Source of the DNA: Patescibacteria group bacterium
GTDB lineage: Bacteria; Patescibacteriota; Patescibacteriia; UBA10025; JBIOWE01
Assembly (NCBI GenBank): GCA_044868145.1
Contig: JBIOWE010000013.1
Span: 6,611 to 70,610 of the forward strand
DNA: 64,000 nucleotides
Direction: 5' to 3'
How positions within the stretch are numbered: position 1 is the stretch's first letter; each line of letters starts with the position of its first letter. Positions 46,593-57,066 of the stretch are shown here, in pieces. Made by a program: the position numbers and the translations under genes. Under the pieces are notes generated by a model. That model had not been told where the DNA came from. It worked only from the letters and a program-made list of their open reading frames with translations, and made no database searches.

Positions 46593-47120
46593 TTAGAAAA
46601 TTATCGTGACTAGTAGTAAAAAAATTATTAAAAGAATGAAAAGAGCTCCCGCCTGATTATAGATATTCCCCTGATCTGATGATAATTTTTGAAACCGATT
46701 TTTTATGATGTAAGCGGCTGCAAGAAAGCAGAGAAGAATAATAAGAAATAATAAGGTAAATACATGAGAACCAACTGCCGCATCCACCGCAATTATTGGG
46801 AAAACGGACAAAAGGAAAAGTATTGAGATTGCAGTAAAAGATAAAGTAGGAGTTACGGGCGTACGTTTCCCCGCTACCCTTCGATATGAAAAAAAGAGAT
46901 ACCAACCAGCAAGAATGGCAGCAAGCAACAATAAAATACTGGCCCAAATCATATATTCCCTAAAGTCCTCCTCGCGAAGACCCACGAGTATGGAACGACC
47001 AAACAAAGTGACGCCCAAACCAAAAGCTGATACCGTATAGAAAATAAAAACTGTCAGCATTATCAAATACGCGGGAGTAGCCTTTTGACTTTTTTCTGGT
47101 TTATTAGAAACAGTATCCAT
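46593..47120 (-). CDS. AT-rich multi-pass membrane protein
   Basis: About 5 TMs; starts 2 bp after the asnS stop. Confidence 0.7.
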   Translation of the reverse strand: MDTVSNKPEKSQKATPAYLIMLTVFIFYTVSAFGLGVTLFGRSILVGLREEDFREYMIWASILLLLAAILAGWYLFFSYRRVAGKRTPVTPTLSFTAISILFLLSVFPIIAVDAAVGSHVFTLLFLIILLCFLAAAYIIKNRFQKLSSDQGNIYNQAGALFILLIIFLLLVTIIF

Positions 47121-47122
47121 GT

Positions 47123-48415
47123 TTATGGTCTAAGTCTATTTAAAAGTCTTGGGAACGGAATCGTCTCACGCACGTGGTCCAAACCGCAAAGCCACGCGAT
47201 GGTCCGCTCAAGGCCGACACCGAAGCCTGCGTGGGGAACCGACCCATAGCGCCGTAAATCGAGATACCATTCGAAATCTTTTTTCTTGAGTTTGTATTCT
47301 TTCAAACGCTTTTCGAGAAGTTTTGCGTCCCAAATTCTTTCCGATCCGCCGATAATCTCACCATAACCCTCGGGCACTAACAGGTCGTTACATAATGCAA
47401 GTGTGGGATCGCTTTTGTCCGGCTGCATGTAAAACGCTTTGACCTTTGCCGGGTAGTGCGTAATGAAAAGTGGCTGATCCATTTTTTCCATGAGCAATGT
47501 TTCGTCGTCTCCTCCCAAATCCTCGTCCATCTTGATATCGGAGCCAAGTGATTGTAATTTTTTCACTGCCTCGCTATACGTCATTCGTTCAAACGGTCGC
47601 TTGATTTTTTCAAGCTTCGACACGTCTCGTCCTAGGAATAGGAGCTCTTTTCTTTTTGTGCTGATTAGCCGATTAACTAATTCACTAACTAGCTCTTCTT
47701 GGAGGCGGAGATTGTTTTCAAATTGCGCAAATGCGACCTCCGCGTCGAGCATCCAAAACTCCATCATGTGCCGCCGTGTCTTGGACTTTTCCGCCCGGAA
47801 CACCGGGCCAAAGTCATACACGCGGCCGAGCGCCATCGCGAGCGCTTCCAAATACAGCTGGCCCGACTGCGCCAGGTAGGCGGTTTCGTCAAAGTACTTC
47901 GTCGAAAACAAGGTTGTCGTTCCTTCACTTGACGTTGACGTCAGAATCGGTGTATCGGTCAACACAAACCCCTTGTCGTGGAAAAATGACCGCAGGATCC
48001 AGATAACCGTATCGCGAATTTTGAGAATAGTGGCCTGGCGCTCCGAGCGTATCCACAAATGCCGGTAATCAAGCAAAAAATCAACACCGTGCTCCTTTTT
48101 CCCGATTGGATATTCCTCCGCAACCTGGAAAACGGTAAGCGACCGAACATCCATTTCGTATCCCGTTGGGGACCGACGCTCTTCCCGGACAGCTCCCTGC
48201 ACAGCCATGGACGATTCTATTGTCGCACGTTCACACGCAGCCCATACGTCTTCCGGCACGGTTTTCTTTGATACGACTGCCTGCAACGTTCCGGATCCGT
48301 CACGCAGCTGTAAAAAAAATATTCCACCTGAACTTCGTTTGTTAAACATCCAACAATGGAGGGTAACTTCTTTGCCAAGATAACGAGAAATATCCGCAAT
48401 GGCTACTTCTTGCAT
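47123..48415 (-). CDS. asnS: asparagine--tRNA ligase
   Basis: RHLWIRS, YLAQSGQLY, FRAEKSKTRRH, GEIIGGSER, PHAGFGVGLER. Confidence 0.96.
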   Translation of the reverse strand: MQEVAIADISRYLGKEVTLHCWMFNKRSSGGIFFLQLRDGSGTLQAVVSKKTVPEDVWAACERATIESSMAVQGAVREERRSPTGYEMDVRSLTVFQVAEEYPIGKKEHGVDFLLDYRHLWIRSERQATILKIRDTVIWILRSFFHDKGFVLTDTPILTSTSSEGTTTLFSTKYFDETAYLAQSGQLYLEALAMALGRVYDFGPVFRAEKSKTRRHMMEFWMLDAEVAFAQFENNLRLQEELVSELVNRLISTKRKELLFLGRDVSKLEKIKRPFERMTYSEAVKKLQSLGSDIKMDEDLGGDDETLLMEKMDQPLFITHYPAKVKAFYMQPDKSDPTLALCNDLLVPEGYGEIIGGSERIWDAKLLEKRLKEYKLKKKDFEWYLDLRRYGSVPHAGFGVGLERTIAWLCGLDHVRETIPFPRLLNRLRP

Positions 48416-48561
48416 ATGTCAAAATTATACTAGTTTTTTGCGATCCTGGCAACCGCTTCTCGCCTCTTCGGCGAGTAGCCGATGAGGCTACGTCGACGGT
48501 TCGCCGGTGAGGCGAAATAAAAAAGACCCGACTTTGACATCGAGGTTCTTTGTTTTGGATT

Positions 48562-49164
48562 CTATACTGTCGGGGTGGTTTTCTTGCGTCGGAAAAGGTA
48601 TGAACCCACCCAGACAACGGCAAGCGCTCCCAGCAGGTTGTACAAAAGGTCTGACGCGGTATCGTACCGTGGTCCAACGCGCTGGGTGTTAAAAAGAATA
48701 TCTCCGATGAATTCAGAAATTTCGTACAGGGAAACAAGCAGCATCGTCAGAGAGATCGTATACAGCCCAATATGGAAAGGCGAAAGCTGCAAAAAGCCGC
48801 TGCTGCGCAACTTGTGCAAAATAAAAAGGAGAATAACTGCTAAAGAGAGCGAGCCTTCAAAATGCGTTAGGTTGTCCCACCACGACACGTTCCAATAAAA
48901 GTGCGCGAAATTCCCTGCCGCATCAAGCCAAACGCCGAGAACCGCAGCCCATGCGATAAAACCTGGGAGAGTAATATTGTACTTGCGGCGGAGTTTTTGA
49001 TACAAAACGTAGTACACAATCATGACAAACAAGTTCGTGATTGCCAGCGCGATTTTTCTTTGCAGCACGTCGTAATCGCCGACGAACTCGACAATGAGCA
49101 GAATAAAAAGAGAAAGGTACGCGAGGTTTGACCAACGGTCTCGAAACGGTTGAAGGCCGGTCAT
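48562..49164 (-). CDS. membrane protein (YjdF/DUF2238-like)
   Basis: WWDNLTH...YEISEF...DTASDLLYN. Confidence 0.75.
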   Translation of the reverse strand: MTGLQPFRDRWSNLAYLSLFILLIVEFVGDYDVLQRKIALAITNLFVMIVYYVLYQKLRRKYNITLPGFIAWAAVLGVWLDAAGNFAHFYWNVSWWDNLTHFEGSLSLAVILLFILHKLRSSGFLQLSPFHIGLYTISLTMLLVSLYEISEFIGDILFNTQRVGPRYDTASDLLYNLLGALAVVWVGSYLFRRKKTTPTV

Positions 49165-51839
49165 GGATTGTTGTTTTTTACTTTTGTAAAAACGAATTTC
49201 ACAATTTCAATTAAAGCAACGACGCTTAAGCTAAAGATAACAACTCGGAGCCAGTCAAGCAAGTGGATTGGTTGCGTGTGAAAAATAACTTGTAGCGACG
49301 GCGCATACACCGCAAGTAATTGCAACACAATTCCCGCGAGAACTGCCACGAGCAGCCAAGGGTTGCGAAAAAAGTTTTGCTTCCACAAAGGATACTTGAG
49401 TGACCTGCAACTGAATACATAGAACAAACTCATCATGCCGAGCGCCGCAAAAGCTACTGTGCGGGCATAATCGAGATTATTGGTTGCGATGTACCGGAAA
49501 TAAAACAACAATAGAATGCCGACGCCTGACACTCCGCTAATCACGATGATAAGAATACGCATTGGTGCGTCCACAATAACGCGTCGTTTTTGTTTCGATG
49601 CCGGCTGCATCACGTCCCGTTCGCCCGGTTCAAGCGTGAGCGCCACGCTCGGAAATCCATCATTGATGATGTTGACCCACAAAATTTGACTTGCGGCAAG
49701 CGGCAAAGGAAAACCCAGTATTACTGCGGCCGTGATAACGATCATCTCCGTAAAACTATTGGAAAGCAAGTAGAGAACGATGCGCTTGATGTTTTCAAAG
49801 AGGATCCTGCCTTCACGGACCGCGGCGACAATCGTGCCGAATTGATTATCCATAATCACCATGTCCGCGGTTTCTTTCGCCACGTCCGTGCCCGATCCGA
49901 GCGCAATGCCAATGTCAGCCATTTGGAGAGCGGGCGCGTCGTTGATGCCGTCGCCGGTCATGGCGACGACTTCGCCTTGTTGCTGGAAAGCGTCAACAAT
50001 CGCTAGCTTATCGTGAGGGCTCACACGCGCGAAAACAGAGACTTGTTTCACGCGCTCATTGATCTTCGCAGGAGGCAACCGGGAAAATTCTTCTCCTTCT
50101 ATAATGTTTTCATCGCCAGACGGCATGCCCAACTCCTTGGCGATCGCTTGAGCGGTAAAACGGTGATCACCGGTGACCATGACGGTTCGGATGCCTGCGG
50201 CTTTTGCTTCTTGGATTGTTTCTGTGGTTCCTTTTCTCAATGGATCTTTTATGCAGAGAAAGCCAACGAACGTAAGCTCATCAAAAAACGCCTGATCGCC
50301 GCCCAATACATAATTTGAAGGAACGCTTTTATACCCCACGGCAAGAATACGCAGCCCTTGACGACTCAGCGTACGATATTGCTCTTCAAAACGCCGTTTT
50401 GTTTTCTCATCAAGCGATTGTTTCCGCCCGTCAAGGTCCACGCTGCCGGCTTTGTGCAGCAGAACCTCCGGCGCTCCTTTCGCGTAGAGCACTCGTTTTC
50501 CATTTTTGTCCTGATGCACGGTCACCATGTACTTGCGAGATGAATCGAAAGGAATCTCCTCGAGGCGGGGTTGATCGTAACGCGTTTTTTCTTGATCAAT
50601 GCCCGCGACAATCGCCGCCTGCACAAGGGCGCGCTCCGTGGTATTACCGACGCTCACCCATTCATCAAGCGCGTCTTTGGGATTTTGCACGTACGCGTCG
50701 GATGCGAGCAGTCCAATCTTGAGAGCCAGGAAATAACTGCGGCTGGCATGGTCCGTGCCGTCACGAAACTGCGCGGCGCTGAAATTCAAGTCGTGGTGAT
50801 ATGTAACAATTTTTACCACCTGCATCTCGGCTTTTGTCAGCGTACCGGTCTTATCCGTACAAATGACTGTGGTTGAGCCGAGCGTTTCCGCGGACGCGAG
50901 TTGGCGCACGAGGGCGTTCTGCTTCAAAATACGCTGCATACCGATCGCCAAAACTACGGTAATGGCAACGACCAGGCCTTCGGGAATCGCTGATACGGTA
51001 ATAGCCACGGCCGTGGTAAACATTTCTTGCACACCATACCCCAGCGCCCGTCCAAGGAGAAAAATCCCCAATGATAGCAGCACAATGAGCAGGGCCAGGC
51101 GCCTGCCGAAAGACGCTAAACGCTTTTGCAATGGCGTTTCTCGCTCCGGAGTTGCCTGTACGAGACTGGCGATTTGACCAAGCTCCGTTTGAACGCCAGT
51201 GCGCACGACAATGCCCCATACCGTTCCGGTCAACACAGCTGTACCGGCAAATAACATGTTCGCTTGATCCATTACTGGAATGTTCGGTTTGAGTGTTTGT
51301 GTTCCTTTCTTCACCGGCGTTGATTCCCCAGTAAGCGGCGCTTCGTTCACTTGCACGTCATGCGCTTCGAGAATACGAATGTCGGCCGGAATACGCTTGC
51401 CGGCCCGCAGACGCACGATATCCCCTGGCACAAGGTCTTTGCTTTCGAGACGAACATCATTGCCGTCGCGGAGAACGGTTACGTAATAGGAAACGACTTC
51501 CTGCAATTTCTCCAGGCTGCGTTGCGCACGAAACTCCTGAATGAACCCCACAAGAACGTTCAAACCAACAGCGGCCAAAATCACATACGCGTCCAGATAA
51601 TCCCCGAGAAAAAAACTGATGACCGAAGCGATGACGAGGATCACCATGAGCACACTGGTGAATTGTTTTAGGAAAAGACCAACAAGCGAAAACGGTTTTT
51701 TTTTCGGGAGCACGTTCCATCCCCATTGTCTCCGGCGTTCTCCCACGCCCTGGGACGTGAGACCGAAAGTTTTCGAATGCAAACGCGAAAGAACTTCGCT
51801 TCTTGGGAGAGCGTGCCAAGCTGTAGTTTCCTGTATCAT
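49161..51839 (-). CDS. P-type cation-transporting ATPase (type IIA, Ca2+-like)
   Basis: LTGES, PEGL, DKTGT, KGAPE, TGDGINDAPAL. Confidence 0.95.
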   Translation of the reverse strand: MIQETTAWHALPRSEVLSRLHSKTFGLTSQGVGERRRQWGWNVLPKKKPFSLVGLFLKQFTSVLMVILVIASVISFFLGDYLDAYVILAAVGLNVLVGFIQEFRAQRSLEKLQEVVSYYVTVLRDGNDVRLESKDLVPGDIVRLRAGKRIPADIRILEAHDVQVNEAPLTGESTPVKKGTQTLKPNIPVMDQANMLFAGTAVLTGTVWGIVVRTGVQTELGQIASLVQATPERETPLQKRLASFGRRLALLIVLLSLGIFLLGRALGYGVQEMFTTAVAITVSAIPEGLVVAITVVLAIGMQRILKQNALVRQLASAETLGSTTVICTDKTGTLTKAEMQVVKIVTYHHDLNFSAAQFRDGTDHASRSYFLALKIGLLASDAYVQNPKDALDEWVSVGNTTERALVQAAIVAGIDQEKTRYDQPRLEEIPFDSSRKYMVTVHQDKNGKRVLYAKGAPEVLLHKAGSVDLDGRKQSLDEKTKRRFEEQYRTLSRQGLRILAVGYKSVPSNYVLGGDQAFFDELTFVGFLCIKDPLRKGTTETIQEAKAAGIRTVMVTGDHRFTAQAIAKELGMPSGDENIIEGEEFSRLPPAKINERVKQVSVFARVSPHDKLAIVDAFQQQGEVVAMTGDGINDAPALQMADIGIALGSGTDVAKETADMVIMDNQFGTIVAAVREGRILFENIKRIVLYLLSNSFTEMIVITAAVILGFPLPLAASQILWVNIINDGFPSVALTLEPGERDVMQPASKQKRRVIVDAPMRILIIVISGVSGVGILLLFYFRYIATNNLDYARTVAFAALGMMSLFYVFSCRSLKYPLWKQNFFRNPWLLVAVLAGIVLQLLAVYAPSLQVIFHTQPIHLLDWLRVVIFSLSVVALIEIVKFVFTKVKNNNP

Positions 51840-52022
51840 ACAGCGTTCATTGTACCATAAAAAAGTAAAAGTGAAAAAGAAAAAAGTAAAAACTATCGTA
51901 AAGAAATCTTTCCAATATTTTTCCTTTTTAGATTTTACTTTTTACTTTAAAAAAGAAGAAGGCCCTTCTGTACAAGTCGGGCCATTCTCCTTTTGATTCA
52001 ATTATCGATTGATAAAGCGATG

Positions 52023-52376
52023 TTATGAAGTCACGTTACTCGTGGTGTTGACGACGAAGATGACGATTGCCCATGCGAGCAATACGACGATCAAACCGAT
52101 GACTGCAGCTGAGATAATCTTCTTCGCCTTTGCCACGCGCTCTTCGTTACCGCCAGCGGTGAGCCACATAAAGCCACCCCAGAGAATCATGATGACTGCT
52201 ATCAAGCCCAAAAGGCCGAGAACGAACTGGATAATCTTGATAACTGTTGCTTGCAAGTCCGCTGTACCGATGCCAAATGTCGTGCCAAAGTTCTGGTTAA
52301 TGTTCACCTGTGCAAGAGCGGCCATCGGGACGAACAGTAAACCTAAAGCGAGTGCGCTTGGAATAATTTTTTTCAT
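52023..52376 (-). CDS. pilin (TrbC/VirB2-like, CPR type)
   Basis: Signal ending ALA|Q; ILWGGFMWLTAGGNEERVAKAKKII...IGL; promoter TTGCCA-17-TATACT at 52570-52598. Confidence 0.9.
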   Translation of the reverse strand: MKKIIPSALALGLLFVPMAALAQVNINQNFGTTFGIGTADLQATVIKIIQFVLGLLGLIAVIMILWGGFMWLTAGGNEERVAKAKKIISAAVIGLIVVLLAWAIVIFVVNTTSNVTS

Positions 52377-52655
52377 TCAATATTCACCCCCTTCCAAAAA
52401 ATAAATTTTTGAAATCCCACATAAAATACGTGGGTCAACCTTTTTTCTTTGAAGAAATGTATAAAAACGCGAGAAATCCACCAAGTAAAAGCAGTACAAC
52501 GATTACGCCACCTGTGAGAGCCATAATGCAAAAACCTTATAATAATGGCTGTTTTGAATGTTCGGTTCAAGTATAACAAAATTAGACAAACTTGGCAAGT
52601 CCCCTTGATTTTCTTGGGTTTCCATGCTACCCTGACCACAGTTTATCACCAATAT

Positions 52656-52728
52656 GGGCCGTTAGCTCAGCTGGTAGAGCACCTGCCTTTTAAGCAGGGT
52701 GTCGCAGGTTCGAATCCTGCACGGCTCA
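52656..52728 (+). tRNA. tRNA-Lys(TTT)
   Basis: GGGCCGTTAGCTCAG...CTTTTAA...GGTTCGAATCC...CGGCTCA. Confidence 0.96.
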
Positions 52729-52897
52729 ACTTAGTTTATTGCTACCCTTCACCAAACACCGCGGTCAAAGTATAAGCTTGAGCTATATCAAAGTGCGGGA
52801 TGAGAAGGGCAGCAGCGAGACAACCCTGAACGTAGTGAAGGGGCGTCGAGCGCCGACGGACGCGACCATAAGGAAGCGTCCGGCGCTGCCCAGGACC

Positions 52898-52916
52898 CGA
52901 ATCCTGCACGGCTCAA
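52898..52916 (+). repeat. direct repeat of the tRNA-Lys 3' end (att-like)
   Basis: CGAATCCTGCACGGCTCAA, identical to 52711-52729. Confidence 0.85.
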
Positions 52917-52955
52917 TTTGGTTTCTAGCGAAGAAGAGATGTATCACATTTGACT

Positions 52956-53678
52956 ATGAGCAAACCCGCAGTTCTTCTGATCCACGGTTTCACAAGCCAT
53001 CGATCGAGCCTTGAAGCGCTCATACCGGAGCTTAAGGCAAATGGCTTTGCTTGGCATTACCCGATTCTCGCAGGCCACGGAACGTCGCCGGAAGATTTGG
53101 AAGATAAACGATGGCACCATTGGCAAGCGGATATCGAGCGAGCGCATCAATATCTACGACAGTCGAACGACAAAATCGTTGTTGTTGCAATTTCGATGGG
53201 CACGCTCCTTGCGATGGAGCTTGCCGCCAACTATCCCGAAGACATTGCTGGCCTTGTACTGCTTTCTCCTTGCTTGCGATTTAAAGATAAACTTTCTCTG
53301 TTCACGCCGGTTATGCGTTTCTTTGTGACCCGGCATCCGTTCGGTCCAAAGAAAAAGTACGCGCATGCGTCGCAAGAATACTTAGACAAAGGATACCAAT
53401 GGTTTCCCACTGCGTCGTATTATTCATACTGGAAGCGAACACGCACTATTCTGCCGGTCATCGCCAACGTGCGTTGCCCTGTTCGCATCATTCAATCGAA
53501 AGCAGATCACATCGCCGATCCACGCGGTGCCCAAAAAATCTTCGATCTCTTACAATCCCCGAAGGAAATCCTGTGGCACGAGCAATCGGGTCATGAGCTG
53601 TTGCTTGACCTTGAAGTAAAAAAAGTCATTGAAGAAATAATGAACTTCGCCCCATTGCGCGGTCCTCGGGGTGGATAA
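52956..53678 (+). CDS. alpha/beta hydrolase (carboxylesterase-like)
   Basis: LLIHGFT, GHGT, AISMG nucleophile elbow, D and SGH. Confidence 0.9.
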   Translation: MSKPAVLLIHGFTSHRSSLEALIPELKANGFAWHYPILAGHGTSPEDLEDKRWHHWQADIERAHQYLRQSNDKIVVVAISMGTLLAMELAANYPEDIAGLVLLSPCLRFKDKLSLFTPVMRFFVTRHPFGPKKKYAHASQEYLDKGYQWFPTASYYSYWKRTRTILPVIANVRCPVRIIQSKADHIADPRGAQKIFDLLQSPKEILWHEQSGHELLLDLEVKKVIEEIMNFAPLRGPRGG

Positions 53679-53740
53679 ACTGTGTACACCCGGGTGGCTT
53701 GTCGTGAGGTAATAAATGAGATACGATAAGTAGACATTGT

Positions 53741-55099
53741 ATGGCTGACGAGCAAGTCGCAAAACTCCCACCCCAAAGTATAGACGCAGAACTAGCAGTT
53801 CTGGGTTCTTTGTTAATTAATAAGGAAGCGATTGACAAAGTCGCCGATATTGTACGTCCGGAGGACTTCTACAAAGACGACCACCGACTCATTTACGAAG
53901 CAATGCTCGATATTTATGAGCAGCGGGAACCGATCGATGTTTTGTCTCTGGCCAGTAGGCTCGAAGACCTCGGAAACCTCGAGCGAATAGGCGGGCGAAC
54001 GTACCTGGCTACCCTTTCCAATGCCGTCCCATCCGCGGCACACGTCGTGAACTACGCCGAAATTGTGCAGCGTAAAGCCACGCTGCGGCGATTAATCCAG
54101 GTTTCGTCTGAAATCGTTGGCATGGGCTACCAAGAAACGGAAAACATCGATGAATTGCTGGATAGAGCCGAGCAAAAGCTCTTCGGCGTTTCTCAAAAAT
54201 ACCTTAAACAAAATTTTATCCCGATCAAGTCCGTTCTTTCCGAAGCGTTTGATCGGATAGACGACTTGCATCGCGAGAGCGGGAAACTCCGCGGCATCGC
54301 CACCGGCTTTACGGTTTTGGATAATATGCTCGCCGGTTTGCAACAATCGGACCTCGTCATTATTGCGGCTCGACCGTCCGTTGGAAAAACGTCGCTCGCG
54401 CTCGACATCGCACGGCAGGTCGCGACCCATGCGAAAGTGCCGGTCGGCATTTTTAGTCTTGAAATGTCAAAAGAGCAACTCGTTGATCGCATTCTTTGCT
54501 CGCAAGCCGGCGTTGACCTCTGGCGCATGCGCACCGGTAAACTTACTGAAGACGAAGACTTCGCAAACATCGGTCACGCGATGGGCGTACTCTCCGAGTC
54601 GCCGATTTTTATTGACGACTCTGCCACGGCGAACGTCATGGAAATTCGGACGAAAGCTCGCCGCTTACAATCGGAACACAATCTTGGATTAATGATCATT
54701 GATTACTTGCAGCTCATGCAAGGCGAACGCCGGTCAGAAAACCGCGTGCAGGAAATCAGCGAAATCACCCGCGCGCTCAAGGCGATTGCCCGAGAGCTGC
54801 GCATTCCGGTGCTCGCGCTTTCCCAGCTCTCACGCGCCGTTGAATCGCGCACGCCGCCAATCCCCAAGCTCGCGGACCTTCGCGAGTCGGGTTCCATCGA
54901 GCAGGACGCCGACGTCGTGCTGTTCATTTATCGTGAAAGCATGAACAAACGAGACGTTGACCCCGGACGGAAAAATGTTGCGGAGATTCATATTGCGAAG
55001 CACCGGAACGGTCCAACGGGCATGGTGCAACTCTTTTTTGACGAAAACAAAGTGAGCTTCCGCACGCTCGAACGGAACATTCAAGAACCCTTTTCCTAA
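53741..55099 (+). CDS. dnaB: replicative DNA helicase
   Basis: AARPSVGKT, FSLEMS, IDYLQL, LSQLSR, DLRESGSIEQDAD, KHRNGPTG. Confidence 0.98.
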   Translation: MADEQVAKLPPQSIDAELAVLGSLLINKEAIDKVADIVRPEDFYKDDHRLIYEAMLDIYEQREPIDVLSLASRLEDLGNLERIGGRTYLATLSNAVPSAAHVVNYAEIVQRKATLRRLIQVSSEIVGMGYQETENIDELLDRAEQKLFGVSQKYLKQNFIPIKSVLSEAFDRIDDLHRESGKLRGIATGFTVLDNMLAGLQQSDLVIIAARPSVGKTSLALDIARQVATHAKVPVGIFSLEMSKEQLVDRILCSQAGVDLWRMRTGKLTEDEDFANIGHAMGVLSESPIFIDDSATANVMEIRTKARRLQSEHNLGLMIIDYLQLMQGERRSENRVQEISEITRALKAIARELRIPVLALSQLSRAVESRTPPIPKLADLRESGSIEQDADVVLFIYRESMNKRDVDPGRKNVAEIHIAKHRNGPTGMVQLFFDENKVSFRTLERNIQEPFS

Positions 55100-55389
55100 T
55101 GTTTGACCAATTCAAACAACTCAAACAGCTCCGTGACCAAGCGCAACAACTGAAACAAACGCTTGGATCCGAATTCATTGAACAGAAGTCTGCGGACGGT
55201 CGCGTGCGGATTGTTATGAACGGCAACCAAGAAGTGACATCTTTGATGATTGATGAATCGTTACTCCACCCGGAAAAAAAGAATGAGCTTGAGGAAACAA
55301 TGCGGAACGTCGTGAATGAAGCAACGGAAAAAATTCGAAAACTGATAGCCGAAAAGTTAAAAATGTCTGGCGGCCTCTTTGGTCAGTAG
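55099..55389 (+). CDS. ybaB: YbaB/EbfC nucleoid-associated protein
   Basis: Size, sequence pattern and position upstream of recR. Confidence 0.88.
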   Translation: MFDQFKQLKQLRDQAQQLKQTLGSEFIEQKSADGRVRIVMNGNQEVTSLMIDESLLHPEKKNELEETMRNVVNEATEKIRKLIAEKLKMSGGLFGQ

Positions 55390-55400
55390 ATAAAGGAACG

Positions 55401-56006
55401 ATGGCGAACTACCCAAAACCAATACAGGAACTCGTCGAAGCGTTTAGCCGTCTCCCGGGGTTCGGACCGAAATCGGCAGAACGCCTGGTTTTTTATTTAT
55501 TGAAGCAGCCCAAGGAAAAATTACACGAACTAGCTAAAAGTATCGAACAACTCCCGGACGAGGTGCTCCATTGCGGTATTTGCTTCAATATCGCCACAAA
55601 AACGCCATGCGAGTTTTGCGCTGACAAAAAGCGCGATCAAACGCTCGTGTGCGTTGTGGCGCAGCCCCAAGATATTTACGTTATCGAGAAAACCGGAGAC
55701 TATCGCGGTCTCTTTCATGTGCTTGGCGGCGTTTTGAGCCCTGTGGAGGGAGTGACACCGGCGCAGCTTCATGTACAGCCCCTACTGGACCGTGTTACAA
55801 AGCAAAAACCGCGCGTGGTTGAGGTTATTCTTGCGACAAATCCCGACATCGAAGGAGAAGCGACCGCGCTGTATCTTGCCCGCGAATTGAAAAAACGAGG
55901 TGTGCGTACGACGCGCATCGGCAAAGGACTGCCCATGGGATCAGATATTGAATACGCAGACGAGATTACCGTCAGCAACTCGCTCAAAGGCAGGAAAGAA
56001 TTGTAA
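55401..56006 (+). CDS. recR: recombination protein RecR
   Basis: LPGFGPKSAER, C4 Zn finger, Toprim ATNPDIEGEATA. Confidence 0.97.
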   Translation: MANYPKPIQELVEAFSRLPGFGPKSAERLVFYLLKQPKEKLHELAKSIEQLPDEVLHCGICFNIATKTPCEFCADKKRDQTLVCVVAQPQDIYVIEKTGDYRGLFHVLGGVLSPVEGVTPAQLHVQPLLDRVTKQKPRVVEVILATNPDIEGEATALYLARELKKRGVRTTRIGKGLPMGSDIEYADEITVSNSLKGRKEL

Positions 56007-56129
56007 ATCCACCACTAATTTATTCCACTGATTTTCACTAATTCTTATGTCGCTTGATTCGTGCTGATTAATGATATTAATTAGTGGAGGTATTACAAAA
56101 ACAGGCTCTCTTGCTAGGCGCCTGTTTTT

Positions 56130-56441
56130 TTACTTTATGCTTTCGATCTGCACCTTTGTGAACAACTGGCGGTGACCGCGCTTGCGGCGGTAACGAACTT
56201 TTGACTGAAACTTAATCACGGTAATCTTGTCCCCTTTTCCTTGCTCGAGCACCTTGGCCGTTACCGATGCGCCCGACAGAAACGGCGAACCGACGCGGAC
56301 CGTGGCGCCGTCAATAAGCAAAAGCACCCGATCAAAACGAACGGTTTTACCGACTGCTTCCGGTAATTTTTCAAATCGAAGAACATCGCCCTTGCGAACG
56401 AGGTATTGCTTTCCACCCGTTGCGATAACCGCGCTTGTCAT
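56130..56441 (-). CDS. rplU: 50S ribosomal protein L21
   Basis: AVIATGGKQY...GHRQLFT. Confidence 0.97.
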   Translation of the reverse strand: MTSAVIATGGKQYLVRKGDVLRFEKLPEAVGKTVRFDRVLLLIDGATVRVGSPFLSGASVTAKVLEQGKGDKITVIKFQSKVRYRRKRGHRQLFTKVQIESIK

Positions 56442-56493
56442 AAAGAAGTTTAAAAAAAATGGACCAAACGGTTCCGTACTCTATTTTACACTA

Positions 56494-56994
56494 CTACAGT
56501 GTATTTGACAAGTCTACTTTGACGTTGTCACCAACACGGATATTGCGCACGCTAGTGTACTGAAATGGGACTTCCAAAACCTCATTCGCCGCTTCGCGCG
56601 GTTTATACGTGGGTGTTTTTTCGGCTGTTGGTAATTCTGCGCCTTGAGTGACATCGACAACTTTGTTATCGCGAATCCAGACGATATCAATGCGGAACAG
56701 CATGCCAGCCATCGTAAATTCATACTTGTCTGCCGTGTCAAAAACAAAGAGCATACCTTTGTCTGGCAAGAGTGCGGGCCGACCCATCAAACCTTTGGCA
56801 CGCGATCTTGGCGTATCGGCAATTTCCGCTTCAACAGTGGCTTTGCCGTCACCGATACTCACGACAGCTGTTTGCTTAATAATATGTTTTACATAGGGGG
56901 TAACCGCGGTTTCAATATCCTTTTGGGCGAGCCCCCAGAACACGGCGCCAAAAAAAATAGCCATTACAAACAAAATGTAGATATTCCGACTCAT
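56494..56994 (-). CDS. DUF192 family protein
   Basis: EIADT...RAKGLMGR...GMLFVF...IDIVWI...VLEV. Confidence 0.88.
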   Translation of the reverse strand: MSRNIYILFVMAIFFGAVFWGLAQKDIETAVTPYVKHIIKQTAVVSIGDGKATVEAEIADTPRSRAKGLMGRPALLPDKGMLFVFDTADKYEFTMAGMLFRIDIVWIRDNKVVDVTQGAELPTAEKTPTYKPREAANEVLEVPFQYTSVRNIRVGDNVKVDLSNTL

Positions 56995-57066
56995 GCCGAG
57001 TTGCCGCAATTGGCGTGCCATATATGGTCAGTATAGTGAAAAACGCGTTATCCGCAAAGTGGACGA

